A stretch of DNA of 64,000 bases from an uncultured Chlamydiae bacterium. Its GTDB lineage: Bacteria > Chlamydiota > Chlamydiia > Chlamydiales > SM23-39. The DNA lies in NCBI GenBank assembly GCA_963828125.1, contig CAWHDP010000002.1, positions 32,001 to 96,000 of the forward strand. Reading direction: 5' to 3'. Positions 17,595-27,382 of this stretch are shown one piece after another. The translations under genes and the position numbers were made by a program. Position 1 is the stretch's first letter. The number at the start of each line of letters is the position of its first letter. Under the pieces are notes generated by a model, which worked only from the letters and a program-made list of their open reading frames with translations, made no database searches and was not told the DNA's origin.

Positions 17595-18602
17595 TTATAA
17601 CTCAGTCCCATCGTGGATTCTGTTCTCGAGAGATTTGAGGAAGGGTTCGAGCTTTTGTTTCTCCTCTGCGTCCAAATGATCGAGAAATAAAATGCCGTTT
17701 ATATGATCGGTTTCATGCATGATCACGCGAGCTTCCCATCCAGATACTCTTTCTTTGATTTTATTCCCTTCTAGATCCAAATATTCCACAGTCACTTCCC
17801 GAGGGCGTGTCACTTCGGCGCGAATAGAGGGAATGGAGAGGCAGCCTTCCGAGGCTTTCCAAGTCTCTTTGCTCGGCATGGATAATTCCGGATTGATAAA
17901 GACTTTTTCTTCCCTCATTTCTATATTCCCTTTTGCCATCTCAACGGGCTTCCGAATGACAAACAGTCGGATCGAATGGTGCACTTGCGGCGCTGCCAGG
18001 CCCATCCCGTCACACGCATCCATGGTCTCCACCATCTCCTGAGTCAGCTTCCGAATGTCGTCGGTGATGTTCAGGATCGGATCGGCTATTTTGCGCAAAA
18101 TAGGGGCGCCATAATAGGCGAGGGGGAGGAGTCGAAGTGGATGGATGGTCATTAAATTGGGTGCATGACCTTCAGCCAACTGACCGCTCCGATAGAGCCA
18201 TTTTCCCTTTATTTTTTCAAAATAACTTTTTTCTGTAAAAGATACATCTCTTTTATTTTGAATGAGATGTGCGGTAAATGTGACGGTGGCGAAGGGAGGG
18301 TTTTCCAAAAAATGGAGGATTTCAAGATTTTTAAATTCTGTCTCTTTGCAAAACTCAAAAATCTTTTTAGACCATTGGGCTGTATGATGCGAAAATTCGG
18401 GGCTTCCAGGATGGGTTGTATGAATAATGTAGGCGGGGAGGCAAAGGGCGTAAGCCGAATACCGCGAGCGCATGAGCTTGAGGGCCGTCTCTGGTAGCTG
18501 CCCCTCATGAAAAGGGAGGCAGCAGTTGCCGTATGTGTGTCCGCTTTTACAGGGACAAGGCATATCTCGGCCAGGATCAGTTTCTTTAAATGAATATCCC
18601 AT
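17595..18602 (-). CDS. def: Peptide deformylase with N-terminal SEC-C/YchJ-like domain
   Basis: CPCKSG...CC, LMRSRYSAY (YchJ); GMGLAAPQV, EGCLS, HETDH (PDF). Confidence 0.9.
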   Translation of the reverse strand: MGYSFKETDPGRDMPCPCKSGHTYGNCCLPFHEGQLPETALKLMRSRYSAYALCLPAYIIHTTHPGSPEFSHHTAQWSKKIFEFCKETEFKNLEILHFLENPPFATVTFTAHLIQNKRDVSFTEKSYFEKIKGKWLYRSGQLAEGHAPNLMTIHPLRLLPLAYYGAPILRKIADPILNITDDIRKLTQEMVETMDACDGMGLAAPQVHHSIRLFVIRKPVEMAKGNIEMREEKVFINPELSMPSKETWKASEGCLSIPSIRAEVTRPREVTVEYLDLEGNKIKERVSGWEARVIMHETDHINGILFLDHLDAEEKQKLEPFLKSLENRIHDGTEL

Positions 18603-19542
18603 CGTAGAGCCTTAATTTTTGATTGAGTTCGTCCCATTCTTCTTCCGCGTCGGATCCTTCGACGACGCCAGTGCCGGAAAAAAGGGTCGCCGTTTTGCCT
18701 CGGATGAGACAGGAGCGGATGCCAACGATCCATTCAGAGCTCTCAGAGGTTGTCCATCCAATCACGCCGCCGTAGAGCCCTCGATCGAACTGTTCGAATT
18801 CCCGAATGACCGAATAGGCTTTTTGTTTGGGGGCGCCGCAGAGGGCAGGAGTTGGGTGGAGGCTCGATAGGATCTCTTGATCCGTGGTCTCTTTTTTCAA
18901 TATTCCGGAACATTGGCTGTAGAGGTGCTGTACATTCTGGGTCCGATGAACCGTAACCGGAGTAAAGGAGAGGGGAGTCAGGCAAAGGGGGGATAAGGCG
19001 TTTTTAAGATAGGTCTGAACGGGAATGAATTCTCTGATATCTTTCGCGCTGCTCAGGAGCTCTTTTTGCAAAGCTTCGTCCTCTTCTGCTGTCACGCCCC
19101 GCCGTCTCGTGCCGGCAACCGCTTCGCTTCGCAAGTTCCGCCCGTTTCTCGCGAAGAGCCGCTCGGGAGTGGCGCCGAGGAATCCTTCTGTGTCCGATTG
19201 GACGCAGAAGAGGAAGGCGCCTTGCGCTTTCGGTTTCAGGGAGGCTGCGATGGCAAACGGGTCGGGGGCCTCCTCGAGCTCAAGGGTGCAGGTGCGGGCA
19301 AGGACCACTTTTTCGAGCTTTTCTTGCTGCATCAATCGGAGGGTTTGTTCTACGCCCCTCTTCCACTCTTCTTGGGTCGGAGAATAGCGCCGCTTCACGA
19401 CTTTAAAGTGGGCGGGGGTGGGTAGATCGGTTTGTCGGACAGCGGAGGAGTATTCATGGAGCGATGAAAAGGGGCAGAAGTGGAAGGTGCAATGGGGGGG
19501 AGGGGAGATCCCTTCCCGATCGGCCCAATAGATTTTTTTCAC
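18586..19542 (-). CDS. menF: Isochorismate synthase
   Basis: KVVLAR, FLGATPERL, EAVAGT, LHPTPALCG, RGLYGG; probable GTG start 19542 overlapping ubiE stop. Confidence 0.85.
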   Translation of the reverse strand: MKKIYWADREGISPPPHCTFHFCPFSSLHEYSSAVRQTDLPTPAHFKVVKRRYSPTQEEWKRGVEQTLRLMQQEKLEKVVLARTCTLELEEAPDPFAIAASLKPKAQGAFLFCVQSDTEGFLGATPERLFARNGRNLRSEAVAGTRRRGVTAEEDEALQKELLSSAKDIREFIPVQTYLKNALSPLCLTPLSFTPVTVHRTQNVQHLYSQCSGILKKETTDQEILSSLHPTPALCGAPKQKAYSVIREFEQFDRGLYGGVIGWTTSESSEWIVGIRSCLIRGKTATLFSGTGVVEGSDAEEEWDELNQKLRLYDGIFI

Positions 19543-20228
19543 CCTTTTTCTCCGACGTAAAGGGTCACGCTCCCTAGATTCATGGGGATTTCGCGAAGGC
19601 GGCCAAATCCCGCTTCTTTCATCAGGAGGCAAAACTCTTTCCCCGAAGGAAAATGCTCGATGGTTTGATTGAGATAGCGGTAGGCTGAGCGATTGCGGGA
19701 GATGAGCCCTCCGATCCGAGGGAGGATGTGGCGTAAATAAAAGAGGAAAAATCCGCGGATCGGTTTGGGGGGAAGTGAAAACTCCAAAATGAGACAGCGC
19801 CCTTTTGGCTTTAAGACTCTGTAGATCTCTTTGAGCGAGCGGAGGGGATCGGTGACGTTTCGGATGCCAAAAGAGAAGGTAGCGGCGTCAAAATTCATGT
19901 TCTTGAAGGGGAGTTTTTCGGCGTCGGCACGAAAGAATTCCATTTTTGCGGGGATCTTTCGTTTGGCGATTTCGAGCATCTCCGTTGAAAGGTCGATCCC
20001 AATGATCGATTGGATGGAGGCGCCGCTTTGCATCAGGGCCAGCGCTTGATCGCCCGTTCCGGTCGCTAAATCGAGAATTCTGAGATTTTTTTGCGGAGGG
20101 AGAAAGGCGGCGAGTTTCTTGCGCCAGCGCAAATCTTGTCCAAACGAGACAACCCGATTGACCCGGTCATAGGTAGCCGAGAGTTGATCAAACATCTTCC
20201 AAACATTTTCGCGAGAGGGATTGGCCAT
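19539..20228 (-). CDS. ubiE: Demethylmenaquinone/ubiquinone methyltransferase (UbiE/MenG)
   Basis: MFD...YDRVN, LDLATGTGD, FGIRNV, LEFS, AYRYL. Confidence 0.95.
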   Translation of the reverse strand: MANPSRENVWKMFDQLSATYDRVNRVVSFGQDLRWRKKLAAFLPPQKNLRILDLATGTGDQALALMQSGASIQSIIGIDLSTEMLEIAKRKIPAKMEFFRADAEKLPFKNMNFDAATFSFGIRNVTDPLRSLKEIYRVLKPKGRCLILEFSLPPKPIRGFFLFYLRHILPRIGGLISRNRSAYRYLNQTIEHFPSGKEFCLLMKEAGFGRLREIPMNLGSVTLYVGEKG

Positions 20229-20276
20229 CGGACACCTTTAGACGTCCCCCATCGTATCACACCGGTAGATAAATGC

Positions 20277-21158
20277 TCAATGATTGAGCAAAGCGTCCAC
20301 ATAGCTTTCAGGATCAAACATCTCTAGGTCTTCGGCCTTTTCTCCGACGCCGACCCATTGAATGGGAATGCCGAGTTGTTTTTGGATAGCGATTGCGACG
20401 CCCCCTTTGGCCGACCCGTCGAGTTTGGTCAAAACAATGCCAGTTAGAGGAGTGAACTGATGGAAGGTCTTTGCTTGGTCGATGGCGTTTTGTCCAATAG
20501 TAGAGTCGATGACTAAGAGGATTTCGTGGGGTGCGTCGGGGAGCTGTTTTTGGCAGACGCGCCGCACTTTAGCCAATTCATGCATCAGGTCGGTTTTGGT
20601 CTGGAGCCTACCGGCCGTGTCGATGAGGACGATGTCGGAGCCGCGCGCAATGCCTGCGGCCACGGCGTCAAAGGCGACGCCGGACGGGTCGCTGTTCGGC
20701 TGCGATTTGATGAGTTCCGCGCCGACCTGTTGGACCCAGGCTCCGATTTGTTCGATGGCGGCGGCTCGAAAGGTGTCGCCGGCTGCTACGAGGACTTTCT
20801 TCCCTTGCCGAGTATAGTGGGAGGCGAGCTTGGCGAGGGTCGTGGTTTTCCCGCTGCCATTGACGCCGACAAGGAGAATGACGTGGGGCTTATGGTTCAA
20901 GATAGGCCGAGAGGCGAGCATCCCCTGTAAAAGATCCTGTTTCACAAAGGCGAGGATTTCATCTGTTGCGAGGGTCGGTTTTTTCTTGTAGAGCGCCCGG
21001 ATTTTCTCAACGAGCTCGGCCGAGGCGGCAGCGCCGAGGTCGGCCTCGTAAAAAATTTGTTCCAGATGCTCAAAGGCCGCATCATCAGGGGCTTTGGTAA
21101 AAAGAGCCCTAATTTTCTTGGCAAAGGGGGACAGGATTTTTTTAAAAAAGCCAAACAT
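20277..21158 (-). CDS. ftsY: SRP receptor FtsY
   Basis: GVNGSGKTT, DTFRAAA, DTAGR, TKLDGSAKGG. Confidence 0.97.
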   Translation of the reverse strand: MFGFFKKILSPFAKKIRALFTKAPDDAAFEHLEQIFYEADLGAAASAELVEKIRALYKKKPTLATDEILAFVKQDLLQGMLASRPILNHKPHVILLVGVNGSGKTTTLAKLASHYTRQGKKVLVAAGDTFRAAAIEQIGAWVQQVGAELIKSQPNSDPSGVAFDAVAAGIARGSDIVLIDTAGRLQTKTDLMHELAKVRRVCQKQLPDAPHEILLVIDSTIGQNAIDQAKTFHQFTPLTGIVLTKLDGSAKGGVAIAIQKQLGIPIQWVGVGEKAEDLEMFDPESYVDALLNH

Positions 21159-21173
21159 GGTGAATATATTTTA

Positions 21174-22127
21174 TCACAACTGTTTCATCTTATCCAGGAT
21201 CATGTTCTCGAGTTTGACGATATCTTTGGTGAAATTGCGGATCCCTTCCGAGAGTTTTTCGGTCGCCATCGCGTCTTCATTGAGGAGGTACCTGAATGTT
21301 TTTTCATCGATATCGATTTTTTGAATAGGGCTGGTCTTTGCTTGGACCGGGTCAAGTTTTCGGACGACGGATCCAGTCCCTTTTTGAAGCTCTTCGAGGA
21401 AATTGGGGGAGATGGTGAGGAGATCGCAGCCAGCAAGCTCTAGAATTTCCTCTTTATTGCGGAACGAGGCGCCCATGATCTGGGTCGTGTAACCGAATTT
21501 TTTGTAGTAGTGATATATTTTTGTAACAGACTTAACGCCAGGATCTTGAGCGGGTGGATAGCTCGCAACTCCCTCGGCTTTTTTAAACCAATCGAGGATC
21601 CGGCCGACGAAGGGGGAGATAAGGGTTGCGCGGGCGTCTGCGCAACCGACGGCTTGGGGCAGGCTAAAGAGGAGGGTCATATTGCAATGGATCCCCTCTT
21701 TTTCAAGAACTTTGGCGGCTTGGATGCCCTCCCAGGTCGAGGCGAGCTTGATGAGGACCCGCTTCCGGTCGACGCCAGCCGTTTTGTAGAGGGCGATGAG
21801 GTGGCGGGCTTTGGCAATCGAGCCTTCGACGTCGAACGAGAGGCGGGCGTCCACTTCGGTCGAAACGCGCCCGGGGACAATTTTAAGGATCTCGAGACCA
21901 AAATTGACGAAGACTTTATCGAGGATCTCGGCGAGGATCCGGTTTTTGCTGAAGCGGATCGCCTCTTCGAGGAGGTGCTGGTACTGGGGTTGCTGGCTTG
22001 CGGCGTAAATCAAAGAGGGATTGGTGGTCGAATCGGTCGGCTGATATTGCTTTAGCGTCTCGAAGTCCCCGGTGTCTGCTACGACAACGGTCATTTTTTT
22101 GAGTTGATCGAGTTGGTTCTGGCTCAT
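21174..22127 (-). CDS. tal: Transaldolase
   Basis: [30 protein letters not shown]. Confidence 0.97.
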   Translation of the reverse strand: MSQNQLDQLKKMTVVVADTGDFETLKQYQPTDSTTNPSLIYAASQQPQYQHLLEEAIRFSKNRILAEILDKVFVNFGLEILKIVPGRVSTEVDARLSFDVEGSIAKARHLIALYKTAGVDRKRVLIKLASTWEGIQAAKVLEKEGIHCNMTLLFSLPQAVGCADARATLISPFVGRILDWFKKAEGVASYPPAQDPGVKSVTKIYHYYKKFGYTTQIMGASFRNKEEILELAGCDLLTISPNFLEELQKGTGSVVRKLDPVQAKTSPIQKIDIDEKTFRYLLNEDAMATEKLSEGIRNFTKDIVKLENMILDKMKQL

Positions 22128-22654
22128 GTCGGTCCTTTGAAAAAATTCTCGAAAAAATTCCCTTCCCTCATAAATTTGGCAAAGGAGCTGGAAAATTGGT
22201 CTGGATCCAGGGTCTCTTTAAAACCGTCTACAAGGATAACTATTTTTTTCCCCTCTTGCAAGGATTGAATGATCCGCTCTGTCGTTTGGGGAAGAAGCCG
22301 GATCCGCATGGCCCCCTCATTGACCGGCACTACATCTTCCAGGGGCTGATCGTCTATGGTGAAGACAATTTTCATTTGGGCGTCAGAGGTAAAACGGAGA
22401 TGGGTGAGGCTGATAAAGGCTTCGACTCGGCTGCCGATTTTGATCATCTCGAAAAGCATGGGGCAGTGGGCCTGAGTCGAGGCGTATTGAAGGCGGGAGG
22501 AGTCGAAAGCTCCGTTACCAGTCTGGATGGAGTCGATCTGCCAAGAACAGGGGGCTGAGCAAGCGGCGGTCAAGAGGCCAATACTCATACTAAGGGCTTG
22601 TAAGCCAAGATTTATTGACTTACGAGCTCTAATGCACTTGCGCGCTGTGTCCAT
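22124..22654 (-). CDS. Hypothetical lipoprotein
   Basis: Hydrophobic segment with lipobox-like LTAAC; 4-nt overlap with tal; true start uncertain. Confidence 0.65.
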   Translation of the reverse strand: MDTARKCIRARKSINLGLQALSMSIGLLTAACSAPCSWQIDSIQTGNGAFDSSRLQYASTQAHCPMLFEMIKIGSRVEAFISLTHLRFTSDAQMKIVFTIDDQPLEDVVPVNEGAMRIRLLPQTTERIIQSLQEGKKIVILVDGFKETLDPDQFSSSFAKFMREGNFFENFFKGPT

Positions 22655-22832
22655 CGTCCGCCGCTAAGATCCAAACGCCTGCTGCCGCGGTCACCATCGC
22701 GGTTCCTGCAAATGTCCAATTTTGCCACTGGCTCGCTTGAGCCACTTGCGCACTCTCAACCGAGGCGGCGCCTGTCTCCTGGGCTTGCATGGCGGACGCC
22801 CCAAGAAAAATAACGATCCATTTTCTCATCAC
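22629..22832 (-). CDS. Small secreted hydrophobic protein, paralog 3 (ends in His)
   Basis: Signal peptide ..MQA/Q, GAAS, W + hydrophobic helix, ..GHSAQVH*. Confidence 0.75.
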   Translation of the reverse strand: MMRKWIVIFLGASAMQAQETGAASVESAQVAQASQWQNWTFAGTAMVTAAAGVWILAADDGHSAQVH

Positions 22833-23494
22833 TTGGTCCCGTAAATTTTAGCATGTCCCTCTTGCAGCGCAAGAAATTGCCAGTAGGGCCCCAACTCCCT
22901 CTTTGATCCGATCTGTGCCTGCACAGTTTCCCATTCCAGATCTTTTTCGGCAGAATGGCCAAGGCTTGTAAATAACGCTTGGAATTCCCTCTTTTCTTTC
23001 TCGCCCGCGATCGGCGTCCATAGATCTTCAATGATCGCGAGAGAGCGAAATGATTGCAACAGTTGACTTTGAAATTTCAGAAAATCTTCCTTCAACACCG
23101 CAGCTGTCAAAATATACGCTTTCCCTTCCTCAACAAAAAAGGCTTGGAGAATTTTGAGATCTCCCCAAGGAGAGCTATTCGTCATCTCGGTCAGGCGCCC
23201 TTGACCGCTCTTCATTGACAGTTTCCCCAGATCGCGCCACTGGATGGTCGGATCGGCGCTTTGGAGATTTTTGACGGCCTTCACATAATCTTTTAAAGAA
23301 CCGTCGATCTCTTCCACTGCTAAATTGATCGAAGGGCGGAATTCTCCGGTCCCTTTGCCGATAAAGCCGATTTCGATGTGGGGCGATCGGTTTTTCAGTT
23401 GGGCGATCTCCCATCCAGCTGGGGGGAGGAATATACACTGTTTGGCGTCCGCATAGGCGAATATCAATAGGAAAAGGGCAATCAAATTGTACAT
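22829..23494 (-). CDS. Exported PsbP/DcrB-like protein (CT311 position)
   Basis: Signal peptide; FLPPAGW, FRPSINL, KAYILTA, FxxxLQSF; syntenic position next to V-ATPase. Confidence 0.75.
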   Translation of the reverse strand: MYNLIALFLLIFAYADAKQCIFLPPAGWEIAQLKNRSPHIEIGFIGKGTGEFRPSINLAVEEIDGSLKDYVKAVKNLQSADPTIQWRDLGKLSMKSGQGRLTEMTNSSPWGDLKILQAFFVEEGKAYILTAAVLKEDFLKFQSQLLQSFRSLAIIEDLWTPIAGEKEKREFQALFTSLGHSAEKDLEWETVQAQIGSKRELGPYWQFLALQEGHAKIYGTK

Positions 23495-23503
23495 GGATAA
23501 ACC

Positions 23504-23764
23504 TTAGTGGGTTGTTGTTCCGCTTCCCCCGCTGCTACTACTGCTGGAGGTAGAGGAGCCAGCATTATTTTCGATGAGGGCGCAGAGCGCTGCAATCCCA
23601 ACGGCAATCCCAAGTCCCCACCCCATCATCGACATCACTGTCGCGTCTCGAGATGCATAGCCAGCCGCTTGACCTCGGCGCGAACGCCTAGCCTCCCGGG
23701 ACTCTTGCGCAAACCCCGACGTACAGACCGCAATGGATAGAAGGGCAAGGATCGCTGTTCTCAT
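23504..23764 (-). CDS. Small secreted hydrophobic protein, paralog 2 (ends in His)
   Basis: MRTAILALLSIAVCTSGFA/Q...GQAAG...GWGLGIAVGIAALCALI...SSSSSGGSGTTTH*; start re-assigned to ATG 23764. Confidence 0.75.
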   Translation of the reverse strand: MRTAILALLSIAVCTSGFAQESREARRSRRGQAAGYASRDATVMSMMGWGLGIAVGIAALCALIENNAGSSTSSSSSSGGSGTTTH

Positions 23765-23800
23765 CTTACCCCGCCTTATCTCACAACAGCCACTTTCAAA

Positions 23801-23828
23801 CAAGTCCCGGACGTTCTCCCGGGACTTG
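23801..23828. terminator. Intergenic stem-loop after first small gene (terminator/attenuator or mRNA stabiliser)
   Basis: CAAGTCCCGG-ACGTTCTC-CCGGGACTTG, perfect 10-bp stem. Confidence 0.6.
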
Positions 23829-23838
23829 ACTGGTGATA

Positions 23839-24063
23839 TTAATGTGAAAAAGTAGAGGGAGTGCTGGCGGCTGCGCCTGCTGAGAGTCCGGCGACAAGGC
23901 CCACAAGAATAAGGGCTGTCAACCCGATTTCCCATGCGAACTTGTTTGTAGTCATCATGGTTCCGGCTTGTGCGCCTGATCCCATCTGTTTGTTTGACTG
24001 TGCAAACGCACCATTGCTGGAAAGCGTTGCCACTGTAGCTAATATGATTGCAAATCTTTTCAT
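23839..24063 (-). CDS. Small secreted hydrophobic protein, paralog 1 (ends in His)
   Basis: TAAGGAG RBS; MKRFAIILATVATLSSNGAFA/Q...GSGAQAG...AWEIGLTALILVGLVAGL...STPSTFSH*. Confidence 0.8.
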   Translation of the reverse strand: MKRFAIILATVATLSSNGAFAQSNKQMGSGAQAGTMMTTNKFAWEIGLTALILVGLVAGLSAGAAASTPSTFSH

Positions 24064-24235
24064 TTTGTTCTCCTTAAGGGTTGCCCGGGGCGTTTGAGCG
24101 CCGGTGATTAACAACTTGTTTATAGTTATATATTTTTTGCGATTTTCTTTCCATAACCCTCGAAAAAAGATAGGATGCGCGAAAAATTCCCAATCTGTGT
24201 AAAATCCTAGATTTGAGAACTTGTGTGGAGTGGAG

Positions 24236-24862
24236 ATGAAAGGGCTAGAGACGGGAAAAGATAAGATCCAGAAGATTTGCGATTCTCTGAGGAAAGAGAC
24301 GCTCGAGCCGGCCAAACAGGAGGCTCGGGAAATCGTGGAAAATGCTCACCTTCAAGCTTCCCAGGTGGTTGCGGAGGCGAAGGCGGCTGCGAGCGCCCTC
24401 TTGCAGCAGGCTGAAGCGGAGATGGAAGAGAAAAAGAGGGTGTTTAACGCCTCTTTGGGCTTGGCGTGTAGGCAAGGGATGGAACAGCTCAGGCAAAAAA
24501 TCGAAAAGGAGCTGTTCAACCGGGAGCTGGTTTCTTTGGTCTCTGAGGCGGCGTCTGAGCCAAAGGTGATTGCCAATTTGCTCAACGCGCTCGTTAAATC
24601 GATTGAAGAGAAGGGGATTGAGGACGATCTCTTCGCTTCGATTCCAAAGGGGATCTCTCCAAGGGCGATCAATGACCTGTTGGCTGTCAGAGTGTTAGAG
24701 CGGCTCGAAAATAAGACGGTCGTGGCCTCCGATATCGGGGGGGGGGTGCAAATCCAGATGAAGGAGCGCAAAATCACGATCGACGTCTCCGATGCGGTCA
24801 TCCGCGAACTGATCGGACAGTATATTCGGAGCGATCTGAGAGAACTGATATTTAACGTGTAA
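24236..24862 (+). CDS. atpE: V-type ATP synthase subunit E
   Basis: DKIQKICDSLRKETLEPAKQEA coiled coil; first gene of V-ATPase operon. Confidence 0.9.
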   Translation: MKGLETGKDKIQKICDSLRKETLEPAKQEAREIVENAHLQASQVVAEAKAAASALLQQAEAEMEEKKRVFNASLGLACRQGMEQLRQKIEKELFNRELVSLVSEAASEPKVIANLLNALVKSIEEKGIEDDLFASIPKGISPRAINDLLAVRVLERLENKTVVASDIGGGVQIQMKERKITIDVSDAVIRELIGQYIRSDLRELIFNV

Positions 24863-24863
24863 A

Positions 24864-25619
24864 ATGGCCAATTACTATTTTCTGATTACCGCCTTCCCCC
24901 CCTTGACGATCGGAGCGACGCCCGAAATGTCGTTCAAGGAGCTGCTCTCCCTGTTCGATTTGAATTTGACGGCTCAGGATCTGGAAAAAGTCAAAGAGCT
25001 TTTGAGGCCCGTCGATTTGTATAATATCAAGGCTCTTTGGCTAGGGGTTCCTCTCGACGACCGAGGTCAGCTGCAGGCGAAAGATTTGGAGGAGAAGCTC
25101 CTTGTTATGGACGCGCTCCCCGAATTTCTCATCGATTATTTGCAAACCTATGAATCGACCGAAGAGCGTCTCCGTTATTTTCCTTTGCTCTACGTCTCTT
25201 TATACCGCGACCTCGATCCGCACCTTCCAGCCTTTCTTCTCCAATATTTTCGCTTCGAGAGGGAACTCAGGCTGGTCTTGACTGGACTTAGGGCCAAAAG
25301 ATCTGGAAAGGATCTGGTTCGCGAATTGCAGTTTGAAGATCCGACCGATCCTCTTGTAGCCGATCTTCTCGCTCAGAAAGACGCCTCGGATTACGTCCCG
25401 CCGCGGGAATACGAAGATTTAAAAACCATTTTTATGGAAAATAGTTACGATCCGCGAAAAATCGACCGCGCTGTGTTGGAGTATCGGTTCAAAGCCATTG
25501 GAGAGATGGTAGAGCCGCAAGATTTTGGGATTGACAGGGTCCTCAGTTATGCGGCTCGGCTGCTCATTGCGGAGACGCTCGGGGAACCGGATAAAGAGAA
25601 GGGGATAGAACAACTATGA
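24864..25619 (+). CDS. DUF2764-like V-ATPase-associated protein (subunit C-like)
   Basis: NYYFL..PPL, YFRFERELRLVL; between subunits E and A as in chlamydiae. Confidence 0.85.
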   Translation: MANYYFLITAFPPLTIGATPEMSFKELLSLFDLNLTAQDLEKVKELLRPVDLYNIKALWLGVPLDDRGQLQAKDLEEKLLVMDALPEFLIDYLQTYESTEERLRYFPLLYVSLYRDLDPHLPAFLLQYFRFERELRLVLTGLRAKRSGKDLVRELQFEDPTDPLVADLLAQKDASDYVPPREYEDLKTIFMENSYDPRKIDRAVLEYRFKAIGEMVEPQDFGIDRVLSYAARLLIAETLGEPDKEKGIEQL

Positions 25620-27382
25620 ATAAAGAGCGTGGAGCGACCGGCACGGTTGTGCAAGGGTTTGGAAATCTTCTCTATGTCCGTTTTGACGGGGCCATTCGGC
25701 AGGGAGAGGTGGCCAAGGTGAAGGTTGGAGAGGAATTCCTTTTTGCCGAGGTGATCGAGATTGCTGGAAACGAGGCGAAGGTCCAGGTTTTCGAAGACAC
25801 CCGGGGGGTGAAATATGGGACTCAGGTCCATTTCGAAGGTCACCTGCTTGAGGCAGAGCTTGGACCCGGCCTTCTCACGACTATTTTCGACGGGCTCCAA
25901 AATCCGCTAGAAAAAGTGGCGGAGAAGACGGGAGTGTATCTATCCCGCGGGGTGTATTTGCCTCCGCTCGACCGGCAAAAGCGGTGGGATTTCCAGCCGA
26001 TTGCTAAAGCGGGCGATCTCCTGAGGAGGGGCGATCCGCTCGGAGTTGTTCCCGAAGGGCGCTTCCAACATTTCATTTTTGTCCCCTTCGCCCAATTCGG
26101 CTCTGTCAAAATCACCCATGTAGCCAAGCCGGGGGCCTATCCGATCGACGCGGTGATTGCAACGGGAGAGGATGAAAAGGGGCGGGTTTGTGAATTCACG
26201 ATGATCCAGCGCTGGCCAGTGAAAATGGCCCTGATGGAGGGGAAGAAAGTGCGCCCTCAGCGGATGATGGATACGGGAATGCGGATTCTCGACACCCAAT
26301 TTCCCATTTTAAAGGGGGGAACTTTCTGTTCACCCGGCCCTTTCGGCGCAGGGAAGACAGTCATGCAGCACCACCTCTCGAAGTACTCCGACGTCGATAT
26401 CGTCGTGATCGTCGCGTGCGGCGAACGGGCGGGCGAGGTGGTCGAAGTACTCCAAACCTTCCCTCAACTGATCGACCCTCACACAAATGAATCGCTGATG
26501 AAGCGGACGGTGATGATCTGCAATACTTCCTCGATGCCGGTGGCGGCGCGGGAGGCCTCCGTTTACATGGGGGCGGCGATCGCCGAGTACTATCGGCAGA
26601 TGGGGCTCGACGTCTTGCTTCTCGCCGATTCGACCTCCCGTTGGGCTCAGGCGATGCGCGAGATGTCGGGTAGGCTCGAAGAGATCCCCGGCGAAGAGGC
26701 CTTTCCCGCCTATCTCGCTTCGCGGATCTGCTCGTTTTACGAGCGGGCGGGAGTCGTCGATCTCGGCGGCGGCAGGAGCGGAACTCTCACAATCGGAGGG
26801 AGCGTTTCTCCTGCGGGCGGGAATTTCGAAGAGCCAGTCACTCAAGCCTCGCTCTCTGTCGTGGGCGCCTTCCACGGCCTCTCCCGTTCCCGCTCTGACG
26901 CCCGAAGGTATCCGGCGATCGATCCGCTGATCTCCTGGACGAAATATTTGAACCAGGTAGGGGTTGAACTCAATCCCCGTTTGGATCATTGGGAGGAGAA
27001 AGTCAAAGAGGCTGAAAAGATCCTCCGGAAAGGGGACGAGATCGGCAAACGGATGGAGGTCGTAGGAGAAGATGGCGTGGCCATTGACGATATGGTCATT
27101 TTTCTTAAATCGGAACTGTACGAGTTTTGCTATTTGCAGCAAAACGCCTTTGACAAAGAGGACGCCTATTGCCCGCTTGAGCGGCAAATCGAGATGTTCC
27201 GGTTGATCCAACAGATCTTTGGCGCCCGCTTCCCATTCGACGTCCACGATGCAGCCCGCAGTTTCTTTTTAAATCTGCAAAACGAGTTAAAAAACATGAA
27301 CTTCTTGTCGTTCCATTCGCAAAAATATCACGATGCAATGGCAGCCATTGAGTTGAAAATTAAAGAGAAGACAGCGCCATGA
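25616..27382 (+). CDS. atpA: V-type ATP synthase subunit A
   Basis: [35 protein letters not shown]. Confidence 0.97.
   Translation: MNKERGATGTVVQGFGNLLYVRFDGAIRQGEVAKVKVGEEFLFAEVIEIAGNEAKVQVFEDTRGVKYGTQVHFEGHLLEAELGPGLLTTIFDGLQNPLEKVAEKTGVYLSRGVYLPPLDRQKRWDFQPIAKAGDLLRRGDPLGVVPEGRFQHFIFVPFAQFGSVKITHVAKPGAYPIDAVIATGEDEKGRVCEFTMIQRWPVKMALMEGKKVRPQRMMDTGMRILDTQFPILKGGTFCSPGPFGAGKTVMQHHLSKYSDVDIVVIVACGERAGEVVEVLQTFPQLIDPHTNESLMKRTVMICNTSSMPVAAREASVYMGAAIAEYYRQMGLDVLLLADSTSRWAQAMREMSGRLEEIPGEEAFPAYLASRICSFYERAGVVDLGGGRSGTLTIGGSVSPAGGNFEEPVTQASLSVVGAFHGLSRSRSDARRYPAIDPLISWTKYLNQVGVELNPRLDHWEEKVKEAEKILRKGDEIGKRMEVVGEDGVAIDDMVIFLKSELYEFCYLQQNAFDKEDAYCPLERQIEMFRLIQQIFGARFPFDVHDAARSFFLNLQNELKNMNFLSFHSQKYHDAMAAIELKIKEKTAP

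Noticed and set aside
17473..17600. tRNA-Leu as an island integration site
   Set aside because: No duplicated tRNA 3' end or integrase seen in the window.
19543..19632. Extended N-termini from the ORF track (menF 19632, 23935, 24315, 32054, 37111, 40775, 42149)
   Set aside because: They overlap neighbouring genes or promoters; downstream starts have better RBS, signal-peptide or coupling support.
26330..27247. Long antisense ORFs over atpA, atpI (29447-30175), msbA (45950-46777) and dnaQ (53532-54272)
   Set aside because: All lie opposite well-identified core genes and have no recognisable motifs.
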